Shown in pieces: positions 51,721 to 62,464 of a DNA stretch of 64,000 bases. The notes beneath the pieces are model-generated. The model saw nothing but the letters and a program-made list of their open reading frames with translations, searched no databases and had not been told where the DNA came from. The number at the start of each line of letters is the position of its first letter. Within the stretch, counting starts at the first letter, position 1. The DNA lies in the NCBI GenBank assembly GCA_035221665.1, contig CM069156.1, positions 22,320,001-22,384,000 on the forward strand, written 5' to 3'. The stretch is from Okamejei kenojei (taxonomy: Eukaryota). Position numbers and translations under genes: made by a program.

Positions 51721-51907
51721 CTGTAAGTCGAGCACCAAACTCTGCCGCCTTTGGTGGAAGTCCATTCCGAATTGCAGGGAGGAAACTGTTTGTTTTCCAA
51801 ATCAGACTCTGCCTTCAGTTTCCTTCCTTGCTCGGTGACCTGCTCTGCATGGATGAGAGCTTGGGTTGGTTCACCATTATGGTCATAATATGTTCCAGCT
51901 AATCTGC
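51721..51907 (-). CDS. CYB5D2: CYB5D2 coding exon 3
   Basis: ccaag| RLAGTYYDHNGEPT...FPPCNSEWTSTKGGRVWCSTY AG|gtcaga; 187 bp. Confidence 0.94.
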
Positions 51908-52914
51908 CTTGGAGGAGGTTAAAGAAAATTGCTTTTGTTATGTGGCTTGATAAATGCTCAGTAAAAATGTCCAATAAACTAATTGGAAACCTGGAATCTG
52001 AGCAACAGATCAGCTGGCAACTGAAAACCTAACTGGTAAAAAAGAAATGGCTCTCTACTACTAAATAGTCAAGTTCAGTACAGTAAGTATACTTTAGGAG
52101 GACAACCGGAAACATTTTTAACATACGACTATAGTGGTGGTTATGTTGCCAGACAAGTTATTAGCGATCAGAGTTCAAATTCCACCAGTAACTCTGCAAT
52201 TTAAGATCATTTCATAATCTGGATGCTAGAGGTCAACTGTAATGAGTTTTAAAAACTACCTGGTTCACTATTGGGTGTGTTTCTGAAACTACCCTACACG
52301 GTTGACTTTATACCCAGCATACATCCTTGTTGAAAAGGAAATTAGGGATGGGTAATTAATGCTGGCAGCACCAAAGGTGCCCACACTGGAAAATTAATAA
52401 ACAGAAATGGTAGAATGTGCCCAAGATATTAAATAACACTTAACTCGACTTTGTGTTCTTATTGATCCCCACATTATCCAAAATCTATCAACCACAGCCT
52501 TGAATACACTGACAATCATTCACCTCTGGTGCGAAGCAAATTGTAAAGGTTCACACAAACTGTTAAATGAAGAGTTCTCATCTCAGTTCACAAATGTTAA
52601 ATCCTTAACCCAAGACTGTGCTCACTAATTCTCGACCAAGCAGAGAACACATTCCTCTCAGCATATCTTCAGTCAGATGCAATCATGTTTGAATGAGAGG
52701 GCAAGGGAACACAAAGATTGGAAAATAGGAATGACAGTGTCTGTGCCAAACACGCAGCTCTTATCTGGCTGCAGATTATTTATATCCATCCATTTACTGC
52801 AGGTGTTGATCCATGAGTCCTTACATCCTTGCTACTGGACATGAGAATACAGAGTGCCAGTAAGAACATATGCCCAGGGACCATGAGGCCAGTACATTTA
52901 GTGGGCCCAGTCTG

Positions 52915-53370
52915 GCACCATCCATCGCCATGTTGAGGCTGGAAGGTTGCAATGTGGTCAGAAGAGGAAGTGGTGTTCCTTCAGCTTGCATTGTGTTGTA
53001 ACAGGGTGGTAGGGCAAGATCAGAGCGTGGGAGAAAGATGGAGAGATAAACTGACATGCAACTGGAAGGTCGGGATCATTGCTGCAGACTGAACGCAGGT
53101 CCTCTGCAAATCCATGCTCAAATCTGAGGTTAGTTTCTCCAATGTAAAGCAAGCTGCATCAGGAGCGACAATTACAATACATTAACTCCGAGGTAGTTCA
53201 ATGGCTGCTTCACCTGGGCCTTGGAGAGTGGGAAGAGGGGGGGTCAAGGGGAAGGTGCAGACAGGGTGTAAGGAGAGATGCAGAGAGACCTGTAGCATCC
53301 TTGAGGAAATAGTTCCTTCGGAATGCTACAAAAGGAAGAAGCGGGATTGGTGCTTCTGGAAATTGATAAA
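52915..53370 (-). mobile_element. Old Penelope-like element fragment
   Basis: LYIGETNLRFEHGFAEDLRSV...LPVACQF GIY-YIG remnant. Confidence 0.7.
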
Positions 53371-53410
53371 TTTTCACTAACTCGCCGAGCAAAATTGGTA
53401 ACAAATAAGC

Positions 53411-53944
53411 TTTAAAGAAGGAACTGCAGATGCTGAAAAATCGAGGGTACAAAAATGCTGGAGAAACTCAGCGGGTGCTGCAGCATCTATGGAGCGAAGG
53501 AGATAGGTGACGCTTTGGGCCGAAACCCTTCTTCAGACTGCTAGGGGGTGGAGGGGGGGGGGGGAAGGAAAGGAAAAAGGAAGAGGAGGAGCCCGAAGGC
53601 TGAGGGAGTGGAGACAGCAAGGGTTAACAGAATTGAGAGAATTCAATGTTCATGCCAAGAGGATGCAGACTCCCCAAGCGGAATATGAGGTGCTGTTCCT
53701 CCAATTTGCAGTGTTGCGCACTCTGGCCTTGGAGGAGGCCCAGGACAGAGAGGTCGGATACGGAATGGGAGGGGGAGTTGAAGTGCTGAGACACCGGGAG
53801 GTCGGGTTGGTTATTGCGGACCGAGCGGAGGTGTTCGGCCGAGAAACGATCGCCAAGCCTCCACTTGGTCTCACCAATAGATCAGCTGGCATCTAGAGCA
53901 GCGGATGCAGTAGATGAGGTTGGAGGAGGTGCAGGTGAACCTCT
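53411..53944 (-). mobile_element. Penelope-like element 3' part with pLTR and a hammerhead-like motif (53509-53536)
   Basis: Minus strand encodes CTSSNLIYCIRCSRCQLIY-like and ETKWRLGDRF; pLTR reads CTGAAGA-A-GGGT-TTCG-GCCC-AAAG-CGTC...CTGCAGTTCCTTCTTTAAA. Confidence 0.85.
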
Positions 53945-54068
53945 ACTGGCATCTTGACCTGTTCATTAGCAACAGAACCCCAGTTTAGTTTCACAGATGG
54001 CCTTTACACAGATTAGTCTGCAATATTACGATAAACAAGTAATTTGGCCTATTGAGCAACCAACATAA
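53941..54068 (-). repeat. About 125-bp diverged duplicate of the CYB5D2 intron-1/exon-2 acceptor region (54510-54638)
   Basis: CTCTACTGGC...GACCTGTTCATTAGCAACA.AACCCCAGTTTAGTTTCACAGATGG...GATAAACAAGTAATTTGGCCTATTGAGCAACCAA occurs twice. Confidence 0.93.
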
Positions 54069-54386
54069 CAAATAAGCTTGTTCCGTTAATGTCTGCTCAA
54101 AAAAAAACTTCAGACAGTGATGATTCAATGCAATTCAACTGTCTCTTAAAAATCAAACGGCTTCTCTGGCCATTGCTGTCAGTTAGAAGATGACAAGATG
54201 GATCACTGGTGGAGTTTGCCCATGAGCGAGTTTGGTTCGGACCCGAACCTATGCTCATTGTTCTGGTGGGTAGACTACAGAACGTCTGATAGATCAGTAT
54301 TAGATATGGCTTCACATCTTCCTAACAGTCTTATAACTATTTCACCCCAGATTTGTTTGTTGTCAACCTTTCTTCAATAGACTTAC

Positions 54387-54527
54387 CTTTATAAATGTAC
54401 TCTCTCTTATAGAAGGTGAGCCAGTCCTGGAGAGAGAGCATTTCAGTGGGGGAGAGTCCTGATACATCATCCACTAGACCACTGTCAGTGAAATCACCGC
54501 TCACAAAAGCTCTACTGGCGTCGCGAC
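54387..54527 (-). CDS. CYB5D2: CYB5D2 coding exon 2
   Basis: aacag| RDASRAFVSGDFTDSGLVDDVSGLSPTEMLSLQDWLTFYKREYIYK G|gtaagt; 141 bp. Confidence 0.94.
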
Positions 54528-54684
54528 CTGTTCATTAGCAACATAACCCCAGTTTAGTTTCACAGATGGCCCTTTACATAGATTAGTCAGCAATATTGCG
54601 ATAAACAAGTAATTTGGCCTATTGAGCAACCAAAAATAATGAAAGACTTGTCCCACTACGGCGTTCTTTCTGCTCCCTACTCCT

Positions 54685-55005
54685 GTTCGGCAGGAGGTAC
54701 AAGTAGCATGAAAAAGCACACCGCCTGACAAAAGAACAACTTCTTCCCATCTGTAATCGGGCTTCTGAACGTCCTTGCTTCCATAAGCGGGGGTACCATC
54801 TCGACCCCATTGACGATGTTGGATTCTATCAATGAAACTGTTGCGCGACACTGCTGAGAATTATATTCTCCACTCTATATCTTCTCCCTTGTTCTTTCTA
54901 TTGTACTCGAATTTGACGTGAGTGTATTTATGCACGGTGTATCTGATCTGTTTGGATACCATGCGAAACAAACTTTTACAACTGACATTAACAAACCTAA
55001 ACCTA
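54685..55005 (+). mobile_element. Rex1/Babar-like LINE 3' end
   Basis: GRRY...KNNFFPSVIGLLN motif followed by a typical 3' UTR and short tandem tail. Confidence 0.65.
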
Positions 55006-55139
55006 ATGAAGGCGGGGACGGGCGGAGTGAGACCCAGCCTGATGCAGACGCTAGCCTTTTTTTTTACAACGATGGCCTTTAAAACCACGCACAGTTCATG
55101 ACGGATGGGGTTTGGAAAGGCAATCAGAAGCTGCAGCAT

Positions 55140-55800
55140 TTCAGCACGGCTGCTGGCGTTAGCAGGGGGGTTAGAGAGGCGTTGCTGGTGACCAGGGCAA
55201 GCTGCTACGCTGCCGGTCCAGGAAGACGTGAAGTTCCCGCCGGGGAACAGGCAGCGCCTGGCGTTTGAGGCGAAGCTGCAGGGCCAACAAACCAAGTCAA
55301 GGCCCTCTGGCCAGTGGCCGGCAGAGTGGTGGTTTGGATTCCCCGCCCCATGCCCTCTCCCGGCGCTGGTCCCCCCTCCACCCCCGCCCCTCCCGCTGCC
55401 CCCTCCGCACCTGCGAAGAAGCGATAGGCGCCGCCCGGCCCGTAGTGTTTGTTGCCTTTCCCCACGTCGAACACCTGGCCCAGCACGGCCAGGTACAGCC
55501 CGGGGCTGCCCTTCCCGCCGCTGTAGCGACTCAGCTCGGCCTTGCTGAAGAGGCTGCCGTGCGGGGAAGCCGCCTCCGGCCCCGGCCACCGCGCCAGGCT
55601 CCGGCTCAGCAGCAGCGCGGCGGCGGCAGCGCAGACGGCGCCCAGCGCCAGGGAGCGCAGCATCCCGGCCGCCGGTCTCCGGGTCTCCGGGTCTCCGGGT
55701 CCCCGCAGGCCGGTCCCGGAAGCTGCAGGAGAGCTCAGCCACCTGCACACAAGTGCACAGTCGTCGATGCAGACTGACGAGGCAGTAACTCCGCTTCTGT
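55140..55800. promoter_or_regulatory. CpG island over CYB5D2 exon 1, with a 9-bp tandem repeat (GGTCTCCGG)x3 at 55674-55700
   Basis: Locally very high GC and CpG density against an AT-rich background. Confidence 0.75.
55411..55663 (-). CDS. CYB5D2: CYB5D2 coding exon 1 (signal anchor plus start of the cytochrome b5-like heme/steroid-binding domain)
   Basis: MLRSLALGAVCAAAAALLL...LFSKAELSRYSG...LYLAVLGQVFDVGKGNKHYGPGGAYRFFA G|gtgcgg; the four exons total 792 bp, or 263 aa plus stop. Confidence 0.93.
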
Positions 55801-56244
55801 CTGAAGTGACAGAAAATACACTCTCCCGAAGGAACAACACTACAGTTTCCTCCTAGGTTGCAAGTTCAGTAACTTGACGTTCCATTAGTTCTGAAAGACA
55901 GCTCTTCTTAAAGTGACCGCGCCGCCAGCACCTTCCCTTAAAGTGGCAGTCCACTCTCGCTGTCGCCCTGTAAAATTACCACCTTGGATTCATAGAACAA
56001 CGGCGTGCACGGCATCGTGCAGCAGATGCAAGCTGGAGAGGGTTCTGAGGACAGCCACATATATGAAAGCTTCTACACAAACTACCTCTTTGGAAATAGA
56101 GAAGTCAAGAAAAGTGAAAAATCAGATATATGGACCATGTGAAAGTGACAGCAGGGAATTGGCACCAATGATAATGGCATTTTTTAGTTCTTTGTAAATG
56201 TGGAAAGCAGCACCAATACAATCCAGGCACAATGGAAACAACAC

Positions 56245-56946
56245 CAGACACAAACAAGGATAGACACAAAAAGCTGGAGTACATCAGTGGGGCAAACAGC
56301 ATCTCTGGAAAGAAGGAAGGGTGACATTTCGGGTCGAGAAACTTCTTCAGATTGGTTAGGGATGAGGTAAACGAGTGATATAGACGATGATGGAGAGAGA
56401 TAAAGAACAATGAATAAAGGATATGCAAAAATGTAACGATGATAAAGGGAACAGGCCATTGTTAGCTGTTTGTTGGTTACAAATGAGATGCTAGTGCGAC
56501 CTGGGTGGGGGAGGGAGAGAGGGAATGCCGGGGCTCCCTGAAGTGAGAGTATTCATCCCACTGGGCTGTAAATTGCCCAAGCAAAATATGAGATGCTGTT
56601 CCTCCAATTTGCATTTAACCTCATTCAGACAATGGAGGACACCTAGGACAGAAAGGTCTGTGTGGGAGTGGGATTAAAGTGTTTAGCAACCGGGAGATCA
56701 GGTAGGTTCAGGCAGGCTGAGCGAAGGTGTTCAGCAAAATGATCGCCCAGTCTACGCTTGGTCTCGCCGATGTATAAGAGCCCACATCTTGAACAATGGA
56801 TATGGTAGATGAGGTTGGAAGAGATGCATGTGAACCTCTGCCTAGCGTGAAAGGACTGTCAGAGTCGAGGGAGGAGGTAAAGGGACAGGTGTTGCGTCTT
56901 CTGCAGTTGCAGGGCAAGGCACCTGGGGAGGGGGTGGTTTGGGTAG
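56245..56946 (-). mobile_element. Penelope-like element 3' part with pLTR and a hammerhead-like motif (56323-56350), interrupted by a CR1 LINE
   Basis: PCNCRRRNTCPF and LYIGETKRRLGDHFAEH remnants; CTGAAGA-A-GTTT-CTCG-ACCC-GAAA-TGTC. Confidence 0.85.
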
Positions 56947-59230
56947 GAAACATAGAAAATAGGTGCAGGAGTAGGCCATTCGGCCCTTTGAGCCTGCACC
57001 GCCATTCAATATGATCATGGCTGGTCATCCAACTCAGTATCCTGTACCTGCCTTCTCTCCATACCCCCTGATCCCTTTAGCCACAAGGGCCACATCTAAC
57101 TCCCTCTTAAATATAGCCAATGAACTGGCCTCAACTACCTTCTGTGGCAAGGAATTCCACAGATTCACCACTCTTTGTGTGAAAAATGATTTTCTCATCT
57201 CGGTCCTAAAAGACTTCCCCCTTATCCTTAAAATGTGACCCCTTGTTCTGGACTTCCCCAACATCGGGAAAAATCTTCCTGCATCTAGCATGTCCAACCT
57301 TTAAGAATTTTGTAAGTCTCTATAAGATCGCCTCTCAATCTTCTAAATTCCAGCGAGTACAAGCCGAGTCTATCCAATCTTTCTTCATATGGAAGTCCTG
57401 CTATCCCAGGAATCACTGGTGAATCTTCTCTGTACTCCCTCTATGGCAAGAATGTCTTTCCTCAGATTAGGAGACCAAAACTGTACGCAATACTCCAGGT
57501 GTGGTCTCACCAAGACCCTGTACAACTGCAGTAGAACCTCCCTGCTCTTAGTACTCGAATCCTTTTGCTATGAATGCCAACATACCATTCGTTTTCTTCA
57601 CTGCCTGCTGAACCTGCATGCCTAATTTCAATGACTGGTGTACCATGACACCCAGGTCTCGTTGCATCTCCCCTTTTCCTAATCGGCCACCACTCAGATA
57701 ATAGTCTACTTTCCTGTTTTTGCCACCAAATTGGATAACCTCACATTTATCCACATTCTACTGCATCTGCCATGCATTTGCCCACTCACCCAACCTATCC
57801 AAGTCACCTTGCAGCCTCCTAGCATCCTCCTCACAGCTAACACTGCCCCCCAGCTTCGTGTCATCCGCAAACTTGGAGACGTTGCATTCAATTCCCTCAT
57901 CCAGATCATTAATATATATTGTAAATAGCTGGGGTCCCAGCACTGAGCCTTGCGGTACCCCACTAGTCACTGCCTGCCATTCTGAAAATGACCTGTTTAC
58001 TCCTACTCTTTGCTTCCTGTCTGCCAGCCAGTTCTCTATCCACATCAATAGTGAACCCCCAATACTGTGTGTTTTAAGTTTATATACTAATCTCTTATGT
58101 GGGACCTTGTCGAAAGCCTTCTGAAAGTCCAGATATAACACATCCACAGGTTCTCCCTTATCCACTCCACTAGTTACATCCTTGAAAAATTCTATAAGAT
58201 TCGTCAGACATGATTTACCTTTCATAAATCCATGCTGACTTTGTCCAATGATTTCACCACTTTCCAAATGTGCTGCTATCCCATCTTTAATAACTGACTA
58301 GCATTTTTCCCACTACCGATGTTAGACTAACTGGTCTGTAATTCCCCGTTTTCTCTCTCCCTCCCTTTTTAAAAAGTGGGGTTACATTAGCTACCCTCCA
58401 ATCCTCAGGTACTACTCCATAATCTAAAGAGTTTTCAAAATTATCACTAATCCATCCACTATTTCTGGGGTTACTTCCTTAAGTACTCTGGGATGCAGCC
58501 TATCTGGCTCTGGGGATTTATCGGCCTTTAATCCATTCAATTTACCTAACACCACTTCCCGGCTAACCTGGATTTCACTCAGTTCCTCCATCTCATTTGA
58601 CCCTCGGTCCCCTGCTATTTCCTGCAGATTATTTATGTCTTCCTTAGTGAAGACAGAACCAAAGTAGTTATTCAATTGGTCTGTCATGTGCTTGTTCCCC
58701 ATGATCAATTCACCAGTTTCTGACTGCAAGGAACCTACATTTGTTTCAACTAACCTTTTTCTCTTCACATATCTATAAAAACTTTTGCAGTCAATTTTTA
58801 TGTTCCCTGCCAGTTTTCTTTCATAATCTATTTTCCCTTTCCTAATTAATCCCTTTGTCCTCCTTTGCTGGACTCTGAGTTTCTCCCAGTCCTCTGGGAG
58901 GCTGCTTTTTCTGGCTAATTTGTATGCTTCCCTGATTTTTGATACTGTCCCTGATTTCCCTTGTTATCCACGGATGCACTACCTTCCCTAATTTATTCTT
59001 TTGCCAAACTGGATGCACAATTGTTGTAGTTCATCCATGCAGTCTTTAAATGCCTTCCATTGCATTCCACCGTCAACCCTGTAAGAATCACTTGCCAGTC
59101 TATCTTGGCCAATTCACGTCTCATACTCTCAAAGTTACCTTTCTTTAAGTTCTGAACCCTTGTTTCTGAATTAACAATGTCACTCTCCATCCTAATGAAG
59201 AACTCAACCATATTATGGTCACTCTTGCCC
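56947..59230 (-). mobile_element. CR1-clade (HER1-like) LINE, 5'-truncated, about 2.3 kb
   Basis: RT motifs [44 protein letters not shown] and the endonuclease end GKSDHNMVEF; closely similar to 11788-14028. Confidence 0.96.
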
Positions 59231-59352
59231 AACAAGACTGCTAAATAACCCGAAACATCACCCATTCCTTCTCTCCAGAGATGCTGTCTTATCCCTCTCC
59301 AGAATTACTCCAGCTTTATTTGTCTATCGTTAAAGGTGTGAATCATCCTCGA

Positions 59353-59505
59353 TGGGATGGTGCTGTGGTAGAGCTGCTGACTCAGAGCACTGGGATCAAC
59401 CTCAGTTGCTGCCTGCATGTAGTTTGTATGACCTCTCTGTGACAGCATGAGTTACTTTGGTTTCCTCCCATCTTCCAAAGAGGTCAAGGCAGGTTAACAG
59501 GCTAT
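59353..59505 (+). mobile_element. V-SINE, degenerate; a short pLTR fragment precedes it at 59247-59330
   Basis: GGTAGAGCTGCTGACTCAGAGCAC...GGTTTCCTCCCATCTTCCAAAGA. Confidence 0.55.
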
Positions 59506-60371
59506 ATTGCCCCAAGGTAAATGGCAAAAAGAATCAATGGTGAATTGATGGTATTATGAGGGAAAATAAATTGCAGGGAAATTAAGGGAGAAGGAGGGAT
59601 GGGATTACGGTATTGATGGGGGGATGGGGGGAACCCATACGGTGAATGGGCTATGTTAAAGCGAGTAAGATTGGAAGTGAAAATTATTGTGTGCATTTTG
59701 GTTTTTAATGTTGATATTTTATTGAGCATATCATTTAAATTATTTTCATGAGCCCTTTATGTTGACAATTCTGGATTATTGGAACTGTCCATGTGTCCCT
59801 ACCAACCTAATGTGATATTTGTTTAAATAATTTTATTGACATAAACATCAGAATTGTACAAAAGCAATTTTACTTCTGCACTTTCACAATCACAATGTCT
59901 TAGTTTTTAACAGGAAGAGTTATATTCATAGAGACAATGTGCAAATTGCGAGGGTGATCTCCCTCTGCCTTTATAATCCCATCTGTAAATGAAGAGACGT
60001 GGGGGCGGTGGCTGCAGAACAAGTTCCCATCACCATCTGGAGGATAAACAACAAGGAGGTGCAGGTTTATGGGATGGGAAATATTGTTATTGAATTATAA
60101 TTGGATAAGCTTCTTGTAAACAAGAGAGTCACACGATGTGTAATCCAAGATCATCTTTAATCAATGTGCAGACTACAGCAGTACAGTAGATCGTTAGTTG
60201 TCAGAACATCCTAGCTGCTTCCAGAAGTGCGCAGTATAGGACGTGGGTGTTAATATAAATTACACAGTAAGGTGGGGTTAGTGATGCTAGTCTATTATGA
60301 TTGGTTGCCATGCATAAACCAATCTACACTTCTGACTCAAAAAATATTTGGATAAATGTTTTTGTTTGTTT

Positions 60372-60650
60372 TAGAGATAGAGCGTAGAAACAGGCCCATC
60401 GGCTCCGCTCCATCCAGCGATCCCTGCATATTAACACTTTCCTACCCACACGTAGGACAATTTTTACACTTACCAAGCCAATTTACCTACAAATCTGTAT
60501 GCCTTTGGAGTGTGGGAGGAAACCGAAGATCTTGGAGAAAACCCACGGAGGTGACGGGGAGAATGAACAAACTGAACAGACAGCACCTGTAGTCGGGATC
60601 GAACCTGGGTCTCTGGCGCTGTGAGGCAGGAACCCTACTGCTGCTGCCGA
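60372..60650 (-). mobile_element. V-SINE (HE1-like)
   Basis: Reverse complement of the SINE: TTTGGAGTGTGGGAGGAAACCG, GGGATCGAACCTGGGTCTCTGGCGCTGTGAGGCAG; tail AGAGATAGAGCGTAGAAACAGGCCC. Confidence 0.8.
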
Positions 60651-60879
60651 ATGCATGAAGGAAAATAATTCACATGGGTTGGGAATACATCTGGAAGTGG
60701 GACTAATTGTAGGTGATAATCACAGATCAATAGGACGAATGGACTCTCACCGTCAAGATCTGATTCGTAATAGCGATGTCCCTCCAATGCTCAAACCTGG
60801 TCCATCGTGTTACAAAGTGCCAGCAACAGGGTTAACATGCAAGCTGGAAGCCGGCAGAGTGGCAGGGGAGCAGACAAAA

Positions 60880-61860
60880 TGTGTGGGAAGGAACTACAGG
60901 TGTTGGTGTACATCAAAGATAGACACAAAATACTGCAGTAACTCAGTGGGACAGGCAACATCTCTGAATAGAAGAATGGATGATGTTTTGGGCCAAGACA
61001 CTTCTTCCGACTGAGAGTCAGGGGAGAGGGAGACACAGTGATGAGGAAGGGGAAGGTGTCAAAATGGGACATCAAAAGAGATGGGGTTCAAGCAAAATGT
61101 AGAATAGATCATTGCTAACATCTAAGGGAGAAGATAACAAAACAAACAGATCAAATGTAATCAGGGAGACTGGTCGGAGAACTAGGAAGGGGAAGGCATG
61201 AAAAGAGAGGGAAAGCAAGGGTTACTTGAAGTTAGAGAAGTCAATGTTCATACCGTTGGGGTGTAAGTTGCCCAAGCGAAATATTTGGTGCTGTTCCTCC
61301 AATTTGCGCTGGGCCTCACTCTGACAATGGAAGTGGCCCAGGACAGAAAGGTCAGTGTGGGAATGGGAGGGGGAGTTAACCAGAAATCAGGTAGGCTTAG
61401 ACAGACAGAGCGGAGGTGTTCAGCGAAATGATCGCCAAGCCTGCACTTGGTCTCGCCTATAAATAGGAGTCCACACCTGGAACAACGGATACAATAGATG
61501 ACGGTGCAAGTGAACCTCTGCCTCACCTGAAAAGACTGTCGGGGTCCTGGAGTGGGGGGGGGGTAAAGGGACAGGTGTTGCATCTCCTGCGATTGCAAGA
61601 GAAGGTACGGGGGGGGGGGGGGGGGGGGGGATTGGGTGGTGAGGGACAAGTTAACCAGGGAGTTGTGGATGGAACGGTCTCTGCGGAAGGCGGTAAGGGG
61701 TGGAGATGGGAGATGTGGCAAGTGCTGGGATCCCGTTGGGAGGTGGTGAACATGTCAGAGGATTAAGGGCTGTATGCGACTGCTGATGGGGTGAAAGGTG
61801 AGGACAAGGTGGGGGGGGGACTCTGACCCTGTTGCGATTGGAGGGAGGGGGCGCAAGAGA
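60880..61860 (-). mobile_element. Penelope-like element (GIY-YIG region plus pLTR)
   Basis: VIYCIRCSRCGLLFIGETKCRLGDHFAEHLRSV, CNRRRCNTCPF, LVLTFHP; degenerate hammerhead-like motif near 60982-61010. Confidence 0.88.
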
Positions 61861-62162
61861 GATGGCTTGGGGATAGGGCCAGTGTGCGCATGGACCAGGC
61901 ATTGCTCGCCCGAGCCCATTAGAGAGGGAGGGAGGCGGGCGGGCATATCTGGGCCCGTGTCAGTCAGTGACCATGGTTACGCCTTGAATCTGGAGGAAGT
62001 GGGAGCAGGCAGTCAAAGGTGTTAAGAGTAAGGAGGAGAGTGTTGGTAGAGGGGGAATTGGCTGGTTCTGCAGTCGGAAAAGAAACGTAGGGCTTTAAAG
62101 GGCATCCCTGGCGGCGGCCGCCGGGCCGTGAGCCGCTCGAGAGAAATCCCGCGGTGGGGGAA

Positions 62163-62290
62163 GGAGCCGGAAGTGAGGCAGGCAAGGGGCCGTCGTGAAG
62201 CAGCCGGAGCCGGAAGTGAGACAGGCAAGGGGCCGTCGTGAAGCAGCCGGAGCCGGAAGTGAGGCAGGCAGGGGCCGTCGTGAAGCAGCC
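62163..62290 (+). repeat. 43-bp tandem repeat x3; each unit contains CCGGAAGTG (ETS/GABP motif)
   Basis: Units start at 62163, 62206 and 62249: GGAGCCGGAAGTGAG(G/A)CAGGCA(A)GGGGCCGTCGTGAAGCAGCC. Confidence 0.95.
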
Positions 62291-62464
62291 GGAGCCGGAG
62301 CCGGAAGCGGACAGCGGGCAGCGGACAGTAGCTGCAGGGACCGGCCGACGGGCGGGACAGTGGGACAGCGGGCGGCAGCGGTCTCGGCGCCGTGGATTGA
62401 GGGCGGGGACCCGGCTCAGTGATCGGCGAGAGGCCGGGGACGGGGAGAGAGCGGCCAGGCCGGC

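Noticed and set aside
54861-55856. 295-aa and other long ORFs around CYB5D2 exon 1
   Set aside because: Stop-poor GC-rich island; only the frame from the ATG at 55663 gives the cytochrome b5-like motif and splices in frame.
62163-62290. Regularly spaced repeats as a CRISPR-like array
   Set aside because: Units are contiguous with no unique spacers, there are no cas genes, and the context is eukaryotic.
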